DNA of 64,000 bases from an uncultured bacterium (lineage in GTDB: Bacteria > Oederibacteriota > JAAXVQ01 > JAUVAV01): assembly GCA_963710755.1 (NCBI GenBank), contig CAVQBK010000003.1:96001-160000 (forward strand). Reading direction: 5' to 3'. A model generated the notes under the pieces. It had not been told where the DNA came from, did no database searches, and was given only the letters and a program-made list of their open reading frames with translations. Shown piece by piece: positions 39,414 through 50,170 of the stretch. The position numbers were made by a program, and so were the translations under genes. Position 1 is the stretch's first letter. Each line of letters begins with the position of its first letter.

Positions 39414-42400
39414 TTACTGATTCAGAACGCCGATCTTAAAGCGGATCGGCTGCTGTTGATCGGGATAGATGGCGCAAATATAACCACCGTTGGCCACATG
39501 AACGCCCTTAAGATTTTTACCTTCCCATATCACGGTGTTGACGCCGGCATGTCCGCCATTGGGATCACCGGCTGGAATTTCCTTGGACCAGACCAGATCG
39601 CCCATCAGGGTATACAGGCTAAGCTTAACGTGCGCATCTTGGCGGAGGAAATAATCTATATGCGCCGGCCGGCCTTGGCGCGGAGCACAGGGGTTGGGAT
39701 AAACTCCCCCGTCAGGAGTGACGGTCACGTCCATGAGCAGCGTTCCCGTGACTTCGCCGACGCGGCTTTCAATGACATGACGGGCATTGATGGCACCGGC
39801 ATAAAAGGTTTGATAGGCTTCGCCCCAACTGTTGGTGGTGGTTTGCATCGGTCCATCCAGGCGGCTGGCCGCAGAGGATGGCGAAAGAATTATGGTGGAG
39901 ATTTCCTGTTGTCCAACCGGATTGCCGTTGACATCGCTGGCCCGGGTAAAAACCGTGGTCTTTTCATTGGCCACCAACTGGTAGATCTGGGTGTTGCCTT
40001 GGGTATAGGCCTGGGTATCGGCCCATAGGGTTAGCTTAGTGACTTGGGACGGTTTGACATTTAACTCCGGCGATAAACCTTTGGCCGGTGTAGGGGCGCC
40101 GTCGATCGTGCGGACCCTGATAAGGATGTGTTCTGCTTTGGTATAGGACTGGGTGTTAATTTCCGCCACGCCCCACTGGGTTATCCCATTGGTTATATTA
40201 AGGCGGCCTCCGCCTGGTGTCGGTGGCGATTCCTGGTCCAGGAAAGCCTCCATAACGAAAGGCTGGTTTACTGCCACGATTTCATTGGTTTTATAGTGGC
40301 GCACCTCCACGCGCATGGGAAAAACCTCGGGGTTGGCAGCGACCTCCACGGGCGGTAGACTTTGATCAAGCGCGATGCCCTTGACCGTGATATGAAAACG
40401 GGTATCTTCGCTGCGGATCACATTGATGACTGTATGGGAATCTTCGGCGCCGATAATAGAGGTATTATCCTTTTCATAGGGGGATAATTTCATAAACCCC
40501 GGACTGACCAGACAGCACTGAAAAGTGGCCCGACCATTCATCATGGTGCTCCTGATAGGCTTAAGATAGCCGGGCTTGGCACCGGCACCATGATCCGAGG
40601 ATTGAAGTTCGATTTCATTGCCGCTGATGTTATCGATAAAATTGCCGAACTGGTCCACACTTTGAACCACGGTTTCAAAATCATTACCGCTGATTTGAGC
40701 ATGAGCCAAATAATCAGTCGCATTTTGTACGTCAGGATTGGTCGGCGTGACCCCGCTATACCAGGTGGTGCCCTGGTGGCCACTGCCGGGGACGGCAATT
40801 TGCCCGGGAGCGAGAATTTGCAAACCATAATAAGTGCCCGGCGTAATCGTGGCCTCTGGGGTTGACCCCGACAACAGATCTGTACTGAGCACGGGATAGG
40901 CGCTTAGGGACTGCAGACCTTGGGTGCGAAACTGAAAGTCGCCAAAGCTGGCATAGCCTTCCACCGGATCAATAAATTGGTCAGCTGGTCTGGGAGCAAA
41001 TGGATCGGTAGTGAGAAGCTTTATCTCTTGGTCCACGCCTTTAACCATATTGCCATAGATGTCACAGGAATAGACACGGACTTCCAAGGGATCACCGGCC
41101 ACAAAAGTCAGCGCTTGGTCGTTGAAATTGTTGAAGACATCGGCATCGGCTGGTGGAGGCGTGCTGATATATTTATCGAAATCGCTGTACGTGCCGCCCG
41201 CATTTGACAAATCCGGCGAGCTGACCATGCCGGGAACCAAAGGCACCAGGCGGGCTGCTTGATTGGCTTTGACATAAAATAGCGTCGAGACGCCATGAAT
41301 GCCCGAAAAATCAACCTGCAACTTCATCCCGGGCGCATTCTTTTTATACAGGTATACCCAGGGCATGCTCGACCCGTTGCGCCAAGCCGTGCTTTCCAGG
41401 TTGCCTAGAAGATAGGGCCACACACTTTTCTTGCCACCCAAATCGGTATCGACCGACAAATTAACTGCTCCTGCCGGTTCGAAGGCCCGGATATTGTAGG
41501 TAGGAACAGCATCCATGGTGTTGCCGTAGGCATCCACTGCGGTAACGGTAATGGGAAAAGGGTTGCCGGCTGTAGCCCCATTGTGGCTGATCTCTTCAGG
41601 AATACTGAATTGGAAGTGGTCTGGTTCCTGAGCATGGACCACGGGCACGGCATTGGTCTGAATTCCAAGGGTGAAGCCTTCAAAGCCGCTTGCCGAGGCA
41701 CCGATCTGTTGCCCGGTGGTTCCGTTGACCGTATATAAAACCAACCCATTGGTGCCCGAGGCGATATAGGAGCCGTTGTTCAGACTGATCGTCAGCGGCA
41801 GGTTGCCTCTAGTCAAGAGTTGAGCCCTTGGATCGGTACTGTTAAGGGTAATCTGATTCTGGGCATCCGTACAGGTGTTCCAGTAATGATCGCAGAGATG
41901 GAATTCCAAACTGGAAATCGCCGTGCCGGCCACCTGATAATGGGGGTGCCCTTCAATGGCCGTGCGCATAGTAGGATCGCCCAGGTCATCCGGTGCAGCG
42001 CCCCGTTTCACGGTCATGCCGATCGGTTCAAGAATCAAGAGGCGCTCGGCTTGGGCGGGAGCCACGTTTACCGGTTGCGACAGGTAATCGTCTTTAGTAC
42101 CCAGGGCGACTTTGATAAACTTCGGTTGGCCGTTGGTATCAGCGCGATAGAGGGTGATGTCCCCTGTCCAGACACCTGCGCTGAATTGAATGTTACGGCT
42201 GGGACTGATGGTTTTGAGATGTGGATAGTCTTCAGAATAGCGTAGTTCCACTGTACCATTAAAGGTATCGGCCACTTCATTGAGGCCTCGATAAGCCGTG
42301 ATTTTAACATGCTTGGCAATGCCGGCCGTCCACTGACTATCCCAGCCCCCGCCGGTCATCTCTAATTTAAACTCACTAATGTTAAAAACTTCGATGTTGG

Positions 42401-44969
42401 GAGAAGCAAAGGAGGTCACGCCCTGTTCCAGGCTTTGCAAGTCAAGAATATAGGTACCCGTGTTGGTGAATGTCACCGCGACCTCACGGTAGCCCTGATT
42501 AAAGGTCGTGGTGAGCGGGCAGGGCTGGCCGTTGAGCTGACAATGTTGCGGCGCATTGGTGCTGATGGTAAGGCCGCTGTCCACATGGGATACTTGATTA
42601 AAATATTGATCCGTGGCGTAAAGATTAGCCGTAAAAGCCACATCAATCTGATGCGATAGCGGTAAGCCCGCATAGCCCGTGCCCGAGAATTGGGCCTGCC
42701 CAACAGCATCGGCACCGGGCCGATAGTTCATGCCGGGCATAATGGCCAAAACCTTTTGGTAATGGTCAGGGCTGACCGTGATTAATGCGCTTTGCCCGGT
42801 GACGCCTTGGGCCGCTGCAGGCAGGTCATGGGGGTTGGTGGAAACAAAAAAGGCAGTCTGGGAAGTGGTGGTGGCGCGATAAATCCGGGTATGCAAGGTT
42901 ACGCTTCCTCCGGTAAACCCTTGACCAATAATCCAAGCGGCCGTGGAGGAATCGGCCGTATAATCCGGACGGCCTTCGGCTACGTAAAGCACGCTCTCGG
43001 TGGGCCGCAGATAATCCATCCCCGGCAAAGTAAGATAAATGGGATTATCGTATTCCAGGTAAGGGTTGTTGTAACAATCCTGCGCTTGAACAAGAGTTTC
43101 ATAAGACAAGCCGGCTGTCATGACCGTCGTCGTAGAGATGGCAAAGTGATCAAGGGTGGGATGATGCTGCACTGTAAAAGCTGTTGATTCTCCGTTAAGG
43201 GTAACATCATCGCCACTGGCGATGATCTTTTGTTGCTGGTTGGCTCTGGTCAAGGTGAGGCTGACCGTCGCTTGACCATTGACAGCCGTGGCCGTACCGG
43301 GCGTCAATCCATCATCGGACAAGGTTGACGACAGGGTGATGTGACGGTCTCCTCCAGCAGCAGTAAGCCGGTTGCCGAAGGTATCGCAAACATAGATTGT
43401 CACCGTAACCGGCTGGCCGGCTGTAATCTGAGGAGGGGTTTCATTGCTTCTTCCCCAAATGCCGGCCACCTGTTCACCGGGGCGGAAGGTCTGGTTGGGC
43501 ATGACCACCACGTAGCGCGTCGGCAGCGCAGGATTAATATGCACATCAAAGCTGGGATCGGAACTGGAGCTCACGCCGCCGCAAGTAGCCCACAGCCGCA
43601 GGGCATCGCCTGCCCGGTAAATGCTAAAGTCCGAGACTTGCCAGGTGCCGTCGCCTTCGAATTCTTGATCTGCAATGGTATGATGGCTAAACGATGTTGG
43701 ATCAAAAGGCACGCCGCCTTGTGGTATGACCCAAAGATTGACATCGTCGGTGATGGCACCGGGCGACGTAATGAGGTTATCCCATTCATCATAGGCTTGG
43801 ATTTTCAGCGTCATGGCCTGGCCGGTCAATTGCGGTGTGTTTATGCTGTTAAAAGCAAAATGTTGGAGGGCACCATGGCGCAGCGGTATTGACAGCAGGT
43901 TGGGGGTCAAGCCACCACCAGTGACCGTCAACGTTTGCTGGCCATCCATAACTTTTCTAAGGTTGACGGTAAACCCGGCGCCGCTGTGAACCACCTGCGA
44001 CGCCGGTTGAATCGACCCGCCCCAATCGGGCGCTTCCTCATAGGCCATACTAACTTCTGCGGAAGAATTCACGATATTATAGTGATCGTCGGTGACATAA
44101 ACCGTGACCTCAAAGGGATGATTGACAGTGATCGGTGAAATGACACCAGACCGGCCACTACCAGAGGAAGAGGATCCACAAAGCAATTGCTGATCGGCGT
44201 GGATAATCATGAGGCGGCTGGCCACGCCCGGCAGAACAGTGATGGCCTGCGACTGGTTCTGCGTAATGGTTTTGGGGTCGGGCGCCATATTTCTGGCCTG
44301 CAAATAAATCGGACTGCCGGCATAAAGCAACTGAACCGTGGCCGTGGCTTGTCCATCATGAAACTGGACATGCGAAGCCACCATCCGGTCCGCGCCGTTT
44401 ACCCCGCCGCCGATGGCTACCAAGTCAACTTGTCCTTGATAAGGGATCGGATTCGTCCCATCGGTGGCATGAAGGGTAATGGTTTTAGTTTCACCGGCCC
44501 TCCAGGTCCCGGGCAGATCAAACGTTACTTGTTTCATGACCACAACCGCCACTTCAGCCTGGCTTGAAGTGATCCCGGGCCGGGTCAGATCCGTATTAGC
44601 CACATTTAATGTTATATTCTGGTTGCTGCCTGGTGAAAGCATTACCTCAAATCCTGAATAGCCGCTTTGCAGAGCTGAGCCAAAGGTTTCATCCAAGCGA
44701 TGGGGATTATTAATAAAGGTTCCCGTACTGGCTGATAATTGAGCCAGGGCAAAACTGCTTTTATAATGATGGTTCTCATCACAAGTCACCACCTGCGGTG
44801 AGAATGCAATGCCTTGAATTTGTGATTGGGCCATGCCCGTTTTTCCTGTTCCCTCAATAAAATGCTCTCCCGGTAAAATAACCGTTAACTGGGTGTCGGC
44901 CATCATATAGGATGGAAAAAAAAGCAGTGCCAACACTAGTGTTTTCAATATCAATTTCAATTTAATCAT
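39414..44969 (-). CDS. Large secreted Ig-repeat surface protein with C-terminal FlgD-Ig/T9SS-like sorting domain
   Basis: Signal peptide MIKLKLILKTLVLALLFFPSYMMA (start ATG 44969). About ten D-x-x-(G/x)-N strand motifs. C-terminal YPNP...LYTLMGDLV...WEGKN..G..VANGGY. Confidence 0.82.
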   Translation of the reverse strand: MIKLKLILKTLVLALLFFPSYMMADTQLTVILPGEHFIEGTGKTGMAQSQIQGIAFSPQVVTCDENHHYKSSFALAQLSASTGTFINNPHRLDETFGSALQSGYSGFEVMLSPGSNQNITLNVANTDLTRPGITSSQAEVAVVVMKQVTFDLPGTWRAGETKTITLHATDGTNPIPYQGQVDLVAIGGGVNGADRMVASHVQFHDGQATATVQLLYAGSPIYLQARNMAPDPKTITQNQSQAITVLPGVASRLMIIHADQQLLCGSSSSGSGRSGVISPITVNHPFEVTVYVTDDHYNIVNSSAEVSMAYEEAPDWGGSIQPASQVVHSGAGFTVNLRKVMDGQQTLTVTGGGLTPNLLSIPLRHGALQHFAFNSINTPQLTGQAMTLKIQAYDEWDNLITSPGAITDDVNLWVIPQGGVPFDPTSFSHHTIADQEFEGDGTWQVSDFSIYRAGDALRLWATCGGVSSSSDPSFDVHINPALPTRYVVVMPNQTFRPGEQVAGIWGRSNETPPQITAGQPVTVTIYVCDTFGNRLTAAGGDRHITLSSTLSDDGLTPGTATAVNGQATVSLTLTRANQQQKIIASGDDVTLNGESTAFTVQHHPTLDHFAISTTTVMTAGLSYETLVQAQDCYNNPYLEYDNPIYLTLPGMDYLRPTESVLYVAEGRPDYTADSSTAAWIIGQGFTGGSVTLHTRIYRATTTSQTAFFVSTNPHDLPAAAQGVTGQSALITVSPDHYQKVLAIMPGMNYRPGADAVGQAQFSGTGYAGLPLSHQIDVAFTANLYATDQYFNQVSHVDSGLTISTNAPQHCQLNGQPCPLTTTFNQGYREVAVTFTNTGTYILDLQSLEQGVTSFASPNIEVFNISEFKLEMTGGGWDSQWTAGIAKHVKITAYRGLNEVADTFNGTVELRYSEDYPHLKTISPSRNIQFSAGVWTGDITLYRADTNGQPKFIKVALGTKDDYLSQPVNVAPAQAERLLILEPIGMTVKRGAAPDDLGDPTMRTAIEGHPHYQVAGTAISSLEFHLCDHYWNTCTDAQNQITLNSTDPRAQLLTRGNLPLTISLNNGSYIASGTNGLVLYTVNGTTGQQIGASASGFEGFTLGIQTNAVPVVHAQEPDHFQFSIPEEISHNGATAGNPFPITVTAVDAYGNTMDAVPTYNIRAFEPAGAVNLSVDTDLGGKKSVWPYLLGNLESTAWRNGSSMPWVYLYKKNAPGMKLQVDFSGIHGVSTLFYVKANQAARLVPLVPGMVSSPDLSNAGGTYSDFDKYISTPPPADADVFNNFNDQALTFVAGDPLEVRVYSCDIYGNMVKGVDQEIKLLTTDPFAPRPADQFIDPVEGYASFGDFQFRTQGLQSLSAYPVLSTDLLSGSTPEATITPGTYYGLQILAPGQIAVPGSGHQGTTWYSGVTPTNPDVQNATDYLAHAQISGNDFETVVQSVDQFGNFIDNISGNEIELQSSDHGAGAKPGYLKPIRSTMMNGRATFQCCLVSPGFMKLSPYEKDNTSIIGAEDSHTVINVIRSEDTRFHITVKGIALDQSLPPVEVAANPEVFPMRVEVRHYKTNEIVAVNQPFVMEAFLDQESPPTPGGGRLNITNGITQWGVAEINTQSYTKAEHILIRVRTIDGAPTPAKGLSPELNVKPSQVTKLTLWADTQAYTQGNTQIYQLVANEKTTVFTRASDVNGNPVGQQEISTIILSPSSAASRLDGPMQTTTNSWGEAYQTFYAGAINARHVIESRVGEVTGTLLMDVTVTPDGGVYPNPCAPRQGRPAHIDYFLRQDAHVKLSLYTLMGDLVWSKEIPAGDPNGGHAGVNTVIWEGKNLKGVHVANGGYICAIYPDQQQPIRFKIGVLNQ

Positions 44970-45332
44970 GACATCATCACCCCTCAGACTTTTTCGACCG
45001 GGCTGGCGGTTCACTGTTTGCATGGCAGTGGCATTGGGTCACCTCCATAGCCTTCTTCATGGTCAGCCAATCCAATCAAAGGATTGCCGACGCTGAGCCC
45101 ACCTGTCACCTCCTACCAAGAGTGTACGCCAAAGGAAAAAACAAGCTTTCAATGTCTGGTCACAGAGGGGTCACAAGATTGTCAAAAAATAATCGATGAG
45201 ATGTCATTGCGATGAGGAGCGGATTAAACGAAAGGGAGGAACCATGGATATTAATGCCCGGCCCCATGTCAAAATGGGTTCTAACCGGTCAGGCCTATAA
45301 GGACAATGACCATATAGTTCTGCGGGAAAATG

Positions 45333-45881
45333 CTAAAGAGATGGCTGCAGGGTTTTGTGAATCTTGGTGATGTCATAGCCGTGCCCGGCAATGCGCTGCA
45401 AGAGCGTTTGATAAAGGCTTTCATCCATGCTTGGCGCGCGGGACAAAATCCATAAAAATTTCCGGTTTGGGCTGCCCACCACGGCATAGCGGTAATCAGG
45501 ATCGAGCTCAATGATCCAATAATCCCCGGCAAACCATAAAAAGAAACTGACCTTAAGCTTGGAGGCGTCCTTGCCGTCCGCAATCCAGGCCCGGCCTTCG
45601 ATTTTATTCAAGGGGCCGTCCAACGTCTTTTTCCGGCATTGGTTCACGACCTTAATTTTTCCATCGGGCCGCAACGCATAGGTGGCCGTCACCGCTGTAC
45701 AGTCTTTTTCAAACCAGGCCGGAATGGTGGCGATTTCATACCAGGTACCCAGGTATTTTCGAAGATCCACGTTGGACACGGTTTTTAACGGCGGATTGGC
45801 AGGCACATGCGTGCACGCTCCCAAAAACACGATCCCTAAAACCGCGGCCAATTTGCCAAGGCATTGGTGAAGTCCCGTCAT
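45333..45881 (-). CDS. blc: Lipocalin lipoprotein (Blc-like)
   Basis: Lipobox LGAC, YLGTWYEIA, YWIIELD and LWILSR. Confidence 0.9.
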   Translation of the reverse strand: MTGLHQCLGKLAAVLGIVFLGACTHVPANPPLKTVSNVDLRKYLGTWYEIATIPAWFEKDCTAVTATYALRPDGKIKVVNQCRKKTLDGPLNKIEGRAWIADGKDASKLKVSFFLWFAGDYWIIELDPDYRYAVVGSPNRKFLWILSRAPSMDESLYQTLLQRIAGHGYDITKIHKTLQPSL

Positions 45882-46064
45882 GGGTACGCCTCTTTCTGAC
45901 CTTTACTTGGCCATTATCAGGATACCCGCAAGAGCTTAAAGTACATTTTAACGCCATGATATCGAGGATGATGCAATCTATACAGAATAATTAATAGCTG
46001 GCACCATTTAATCCCCATAGACTTCGAAGCGTCTTGACGGTGTGTCTGTTTTGTCAGGACAAGA

Positions 46065-46544
46065 TCACGGGTACTGATTTTGAGTCTTTTGCGGAGAGTG
46101 GTGTTCCTCATCCATGGCCTTGACTTTAGCCACCCGCCGTTCATGCCGGGGAGCATGAGAGAAGTGGGCGTTTAAAAAAGCCCTGACGATTTCCTTGGCT
46201 GCTTCACTGCCAATCACCCTGCTGCCCAGGCAGAGCACATTCATGTCATCATGCTCCACGCCCTGGCGGGCGCTATAGGTGTCATGACAGACCGCGGCCC
46301 GGATGCCTTTCATTTTGTTGGCTGCGATCGAGGCGCCCACCCCGCTGCCGCAAATGAGAATACCTTTGTCAGCCTGCTGTGCCTGCAGCACTTGACCCAA
46401 CGCCCGGGCAATATCAGGATAGTCCACAGGTTGCTGATCATAGGTCCCGATATCCTTAAGCTCACACCCCTGCCGGGTTAACTCGGTGGACAACACTGTT
46501 TTTAAATTCAGGCCCGCATGATCCGCACCTAGTACAATGGTCAT
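46065..46544 (-). CDS. rpiB: Ribose-5-phosphate isomerase B
   Basis: GADHAG, DYPD, CGSGVG, ANK, NVLCLG and RHERRV. Confidence 0.95.
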   Translation of the reverse strand: MTIVLGADHAGLNLKTVLSTELTRQGCELKDIGTYDQQPVDYPDIARALGQVLQAQQADKGILICGSGVGASIAANKMKGIRAAVCHDTYSARQGVEHDDMNVLCLGSRVIGSEAAKEIVRAFLNAHFSHAPRHERRVAKVKAMDEEHHSPQKTQNQYP

Positions 46545-46588
46545 AATTTACCTCGTTTCCCAAGACACTTTAGCGGCTGGATATTGCT

Positions 46589-48586
46589 TCAGGGCTGCAA
46601 CCGTTCTTTGATTTTAGCCACAATCACAGGAGCATCAAACCCGTATTCTTTCATTACCCTGGTCCCGGGGGCAGAGGCCCCAAAGTGGTCAAGGCCGATG
46701 ATCAGCCCGTCCTGGCCTACATACTTGCCCCAGCCCAGGGTGGCCCCGGCCTCAATCGCCACTTTTAGTTGGAATGGCCCCTTTAGAATGCTGTCCTGGT
46801 ACGCCTGCGGCTGTTCGGCCAACACCTCCCAGGAGAGCAGGGATACCACCCGGCTGCCGAGGCCTGCTTCTGCTAAAATCTTTTGTACCTCAAGCGCCAG
46901 AGACACTTCTGAACCTGTGGCCAGCAATAAGATGTCGGGCTTGGGCCCTTTTTCAGCCAGTACATAGCCGCCCAGATGCGCCTTATCTTTGATGGGATAA
47001 ATCGTGGTGTCCAGCACCGTCAGGTTTTGACGGGTCAGCACCAAGGCTGCTGGCTTGCGGCGCTCCATAATCAGCTGCCAGGCCATCGTAGTCTCATTGG
47101 CATCAGCCGGTCTAAAGACGGTTAAATTGGGAATGGCCCGCAGGGCCATGAGCTGTTCCACCGGCTGATGGGTGGGCCCGTCTTCTCCGAGGCCAATACT
47201 GTCATGGGTGAAAATAAAGGTGGACGGAATATCCATCAAGGCTGCCAGGCGGATAGCCGGCCGCATGTAATCGGAAAAAATCAAAAAGGTGGCGCCATAA
47301 GGCCGCAGCAACCCACTCAAGGCCATGCCATTGACAATAGCCCCCATGGCATGCTCCCGCACACCAAAATGAAAGTTGGGGCATCCGTAATGGTCACTGG
47401 CAAATTCGCAATAACCCTTTAACTGCGTCCCTGTCGACGGGGCCAGGTCGGCCGATCCCCCAATGAGCAGGGGTACATGGCTGATCATGGCGTTAAGTAC
47501 ACGGCCTGAAGCTTTGCGGGTAGCCAGCTTCTCTCCCGGGCTGAAGGTGGGCATAAAGTCAGACCAATCATAATCCCAGCGCCGGGCCAGAAGCCGGCTC
47601 AGTTCCTGGGCTGGTTCAGGATATTGTTTCTCATAGGCTGCCCACAACTGTTGCCAGTCCTGTTCCAAATCCGCGCCTTTGGATTGTAATTGCCCAAAAT
47701 AATCTTTCACTTCTGTGGGGATATAAAACGTTTTGTCCGAAGGAAATCCAAAAAACGCCTTGGCTGCTTTTAACTCCTCTTCCCCTAACGGTTCCCCGTG
47801 CGCCTGCGCCGTATCCTGTTTGTGAGGACTGCCATAGCCTATATGCGTTTTGGCCTTGATCAGGGTTGGTTTGGAATTTTCGGCCTGGCCCAGCTGCAAG
47901 GCAGAGGCCACTGCCTGCACATCATTGCCGTCAATCTCGAGCACTTGCCAGCCATACGCTTCAAAGCGGGTTTTAACGCTCTCCGTGAAAGCCAGGGTGG
48001 TGGTGCCTTCTATGGAGATCTGGTTGTCATCATAAAAGAAAATCAGTTTGCTCAATTTAAGATGGCCGGCAATGGAAGCCGCTTCCGAAGACACCCCTTC
48101 CATCAGATCACCGTCACTGCAGATACCGTAAACATGGTAATCAATCACCGGCAAGCCGGGACGATTGTAATGCTCCGCCAGGTAGCGCTCGGCCATGGCC
48201 ATGCCCACGGCCGTGGCAAACCCTTGCCCCAATGGCCCGGTGGTGGTCTCCACCCCCGGGGTTAAGCCGTATTCCGGATGACCTGGGGTGCGGCTGTCCC
48301 ATTGCCGGAAGGCCTGCAGGTCTTCCAAGCTCAGATCATAACCGGTTAAATGGAGCATGCTGTAAAGCAAAGCCGAGCCATGGCCTGCGGAGAGCACAAA
48401 GCGGTCGCGGTTAAGCCACTGTGGATTGGCCGGATTATAACGCATCACCTGGGTCCATAACACATAAGCCATGGCCGCTGCCCCCATAGGCATGCCCGGA
48501 TGGCCTGACTTGGCTTTTTCCACCATATCGGCGCTTAATAAGCGGATGGTGTTGATATACAATGATTCCAAAGGCGGTTTACTCAT
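46589..48586 (-). CDS. tkt: Transketolase
   Basis: SGHPG, DRFVLSAGH, GPLGQG, GDLMEG, REHAM and EDGPTHQP. Confidence 0.97.
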   Translation of the reverse strand: MSKPPLESLYINTIRLLSADMVEKAKSGHPGMPMGAAAMAYVLWTQVMRYNPANPQWLNRDRFVLSAGHGSALLYSMLHLTGYDLSLEDLQAFRQWDSRTPGHPEYGLTPGVETTTGPLGQGFATAVGMAMAERYLAEHYNRPGLPVIDYHVYGICSDGDLMEGVSSEAASIAGHLKLSKLIFFYDDNQISIEGTTTLAFTESVKTRFEAYGWQVLEIDGNDVQAVASALQLGQAENSKPTLIKAKTHIGYGSPHKQDTAQAHGEPLGEEELKAAKAFFGFPSDKTFYIPTEVKDYFGQLQSKGADLEQDWQQLWAAYEKQYPEPAQELSRLLARRWDYDWSDFMPTFSPGEKLATRKASGRVLNAMISHVPLLIGGSADLAPSTGTQLKGYCEFASDHYGCPNFHFGVREHAMGAIVNGMALSGLLRPYGATFLIFSDYMRPAIRLAALMDIPSTFIFTHDSIGLGEDGPTHQPVEQLMALRAIPNLTVFRPADANETTMAWQLIMERRKPAALVLTRQNLTVLDTTIYPIKDKAHLGGYVLAEKGPKPDILLLATGSEVSLALEVQKILAEAGLGSRVVSLLSWEVLAEQPQAYQDSILKGPFQLKVAIEAGATLGWGKYVGQDGLIIGLDHFGASAPGTRVMKEYGFDAPVIVAKIKERLQP

Positions 48587-48649
48587 GGTATCGTTCCTTT
48601 CGTCTGTGCTTACTGGTGCCTGATCTTTAGACTCTTTTTGACTCCGCTT

Positions 48650-50170
48650 TTAAGCTCTTTTCCAGTGCAGCCAATATTGAAACAGTTTTTTGATTAGCGG
48701 CGTTAACTGGGTGCGCTTGTACAATCCAGCCACCTGCTTAAGGGCATCTGCCTGGGTGGGATATGGATGGATCACCTCATACAACCGTCCCAGACCCAGG
48801 TTGGCCGCCATGGCCACGGAGACTTCACTGATCATGTCCCCCGCATGACTGGCCACGATAGTGGCGCCCACCATCCGGTCCGTGCCTTTTTTTACATGAA
48901 TTTTAATAAACCCCTGAGCCTGGCCATCCAAGCGCGCGCGATCCACCTCTTTTAAGTCGCGCTTAAAAGTCTCAATGCCCTTACCCTGCTGAGTGGCTTC
49001 CTGCAGCGTCAAGCCCACCTGCGCCAGCTCCGGGGCCGTATACACCGCTCGGGGAATGGTCAGGCGACTGAAGCGTTTCTTGCCTCCAAAGAGGCTATTC
49101 TGAATAACCAATTTGGCCGAAGCCTCGGCCGCATGGGTTAATTTATGAGGCAGACAGCAGTCACCGGCCGCAAAAATGGCGCGATTGCTGGTTTGCAGGA
49201 AATCATTGACCACAATGCCCCGGCGAAGGTCATAGTCCACACCAGCCTTTTCCAGACCCAACCCTGTCACTGTGGGCTGACGGCCGACACCTGCCAGGAT
49301 GGCGTCAACGGTCAGATTCTTTTCCTGATTTTGAGACTTAAAGGTTACTATTTTCTCAGCGCCCTTTTTCTCGGCCTTGATAATCTCCGCGTTGAATTCC
49401 ATGGTCATGCCCTCTTCCCTGAAACGCTGCTCCAACAGTTGGGCGGACTCATGGTCTTCATGCTCCAGCAGCCGGTCATGGCGATGCAGTAAGGTCACCT
49501 TGCTGCCTAGACGCAAAAAGGCTTGGCCCAGCTCGCAGCCTATAGGCCCGGCCCCGATCACGGCCAGACGGGCAGGCAACTGGGTCAGATTGAAGATGGT
49601 CTCATTGGTCAGGATGTCTTCTTCCTCCAGACCGGAAATTGTCGGCACTTTCGGCCTGGTGCCCGTGGCAAGGACCGCCTTTTTAAACCGCAATCGCTGT
49701 CCCCCCACCTCCACCTCCCGGGGACCGGTGAATTGACCGTGTCCGAGAAAAACATCCACCCCCAGGGTTTGATAGCGCTGGGCTGAATCGATGACACTCA
49801 GTTGACTGCGCAGAGCGCGCAGCCTGGTCATGACCGCAGGAAAATCCACACTGCTGGAGCTGACTCTAATCCCCAGACAGCCGGCTTGCGCCACATCCTC
49901 GGCACGCCGGGCTGAGGCGATCAAGGCTTTGGAAGGCACACAGCCCACATTCAGGCAATCACCGCCCATCAGCTGTTCTTCAATTAAAGCCACCTTGGCC
50001 CCCAGGCCGACAGCGCCAATAGCTGTGATCAGCCCGGCTGTACCGGCGCCCATGACCACTATATTGTAGGTTCCTTGGGGTTTTGGGTTCTTCCAATGCT
50101 GCGGGTGCCCGTGTTCCCGCAAGGTTTGATTATAACTATCCAGTGGGGAGAGATGACTGATAACACTCAT
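48650..50170 (-). CDS. MerA/Lpd-like pyridine nucleotide-disulfide oxidoreductase (no MerA C-terminal CC)
   Basis: GAGTAG, GGDCLNVGCVPSK, GAGPIG and HPYPT. Start ATG 50170 overlaps the DedA stop. Confidence 0.88.
   Translation of the reverse strand: MSVISHLSPLDSYNQTLREHGHPQHWKNPKPQGTYNIVVMGAGTAGLITAIGAVGLGAKVALIEEQLMGGDCLNVGCVPSKALIASARRAEDVAQAGCLGIRVSSSSVDFPAVMTRLRALRSQLSVIDSAQRYQTLGVDVFLGHGQFTGPREVEVGGQRLRFKKAVLATGTRPKVPTISGLEEEDILTNETIFNLTQLPARLAVIGAGPIGCELGQAFLRLGSKVTLLHRHDRLLEHEDHESAQLLEQRFREEGMTMEFNAEIIKAEKKGAEKIVTFKSQNQEKNLTVDAILAGVGRQPTVTGLGLEKAGVDYDLRRGIVVNDFLQTSNRAIFAAGDCCLPHKLTHAAEASAKLVIQNSLFGGKKRFSRLTIPRAVYTAPELAQVGLTLQEATQQGKGIETFKRDLKEVDRARLDGQAQGFIKIHVKKGTDRMVGATIVASHAGDMISEVSVAMAANLGLGRLYEVIHPYPTQADALKQVAGLYKRTQLTPLIKKLFQYWLHWKRA

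Noticed and set aside
45010-45116. Two strong SD-like sequences with tiny uORFs upstream of the Ig-repeat gene
   Set aside because: The ORFs are only 6-8 codons with no telling composition, so they cannot be distinguished from chance.
48650-50170. merA mercury resistance gene
   Set aside because: No C-terminal CC, no NmerA domain and no other mer genes nearby.
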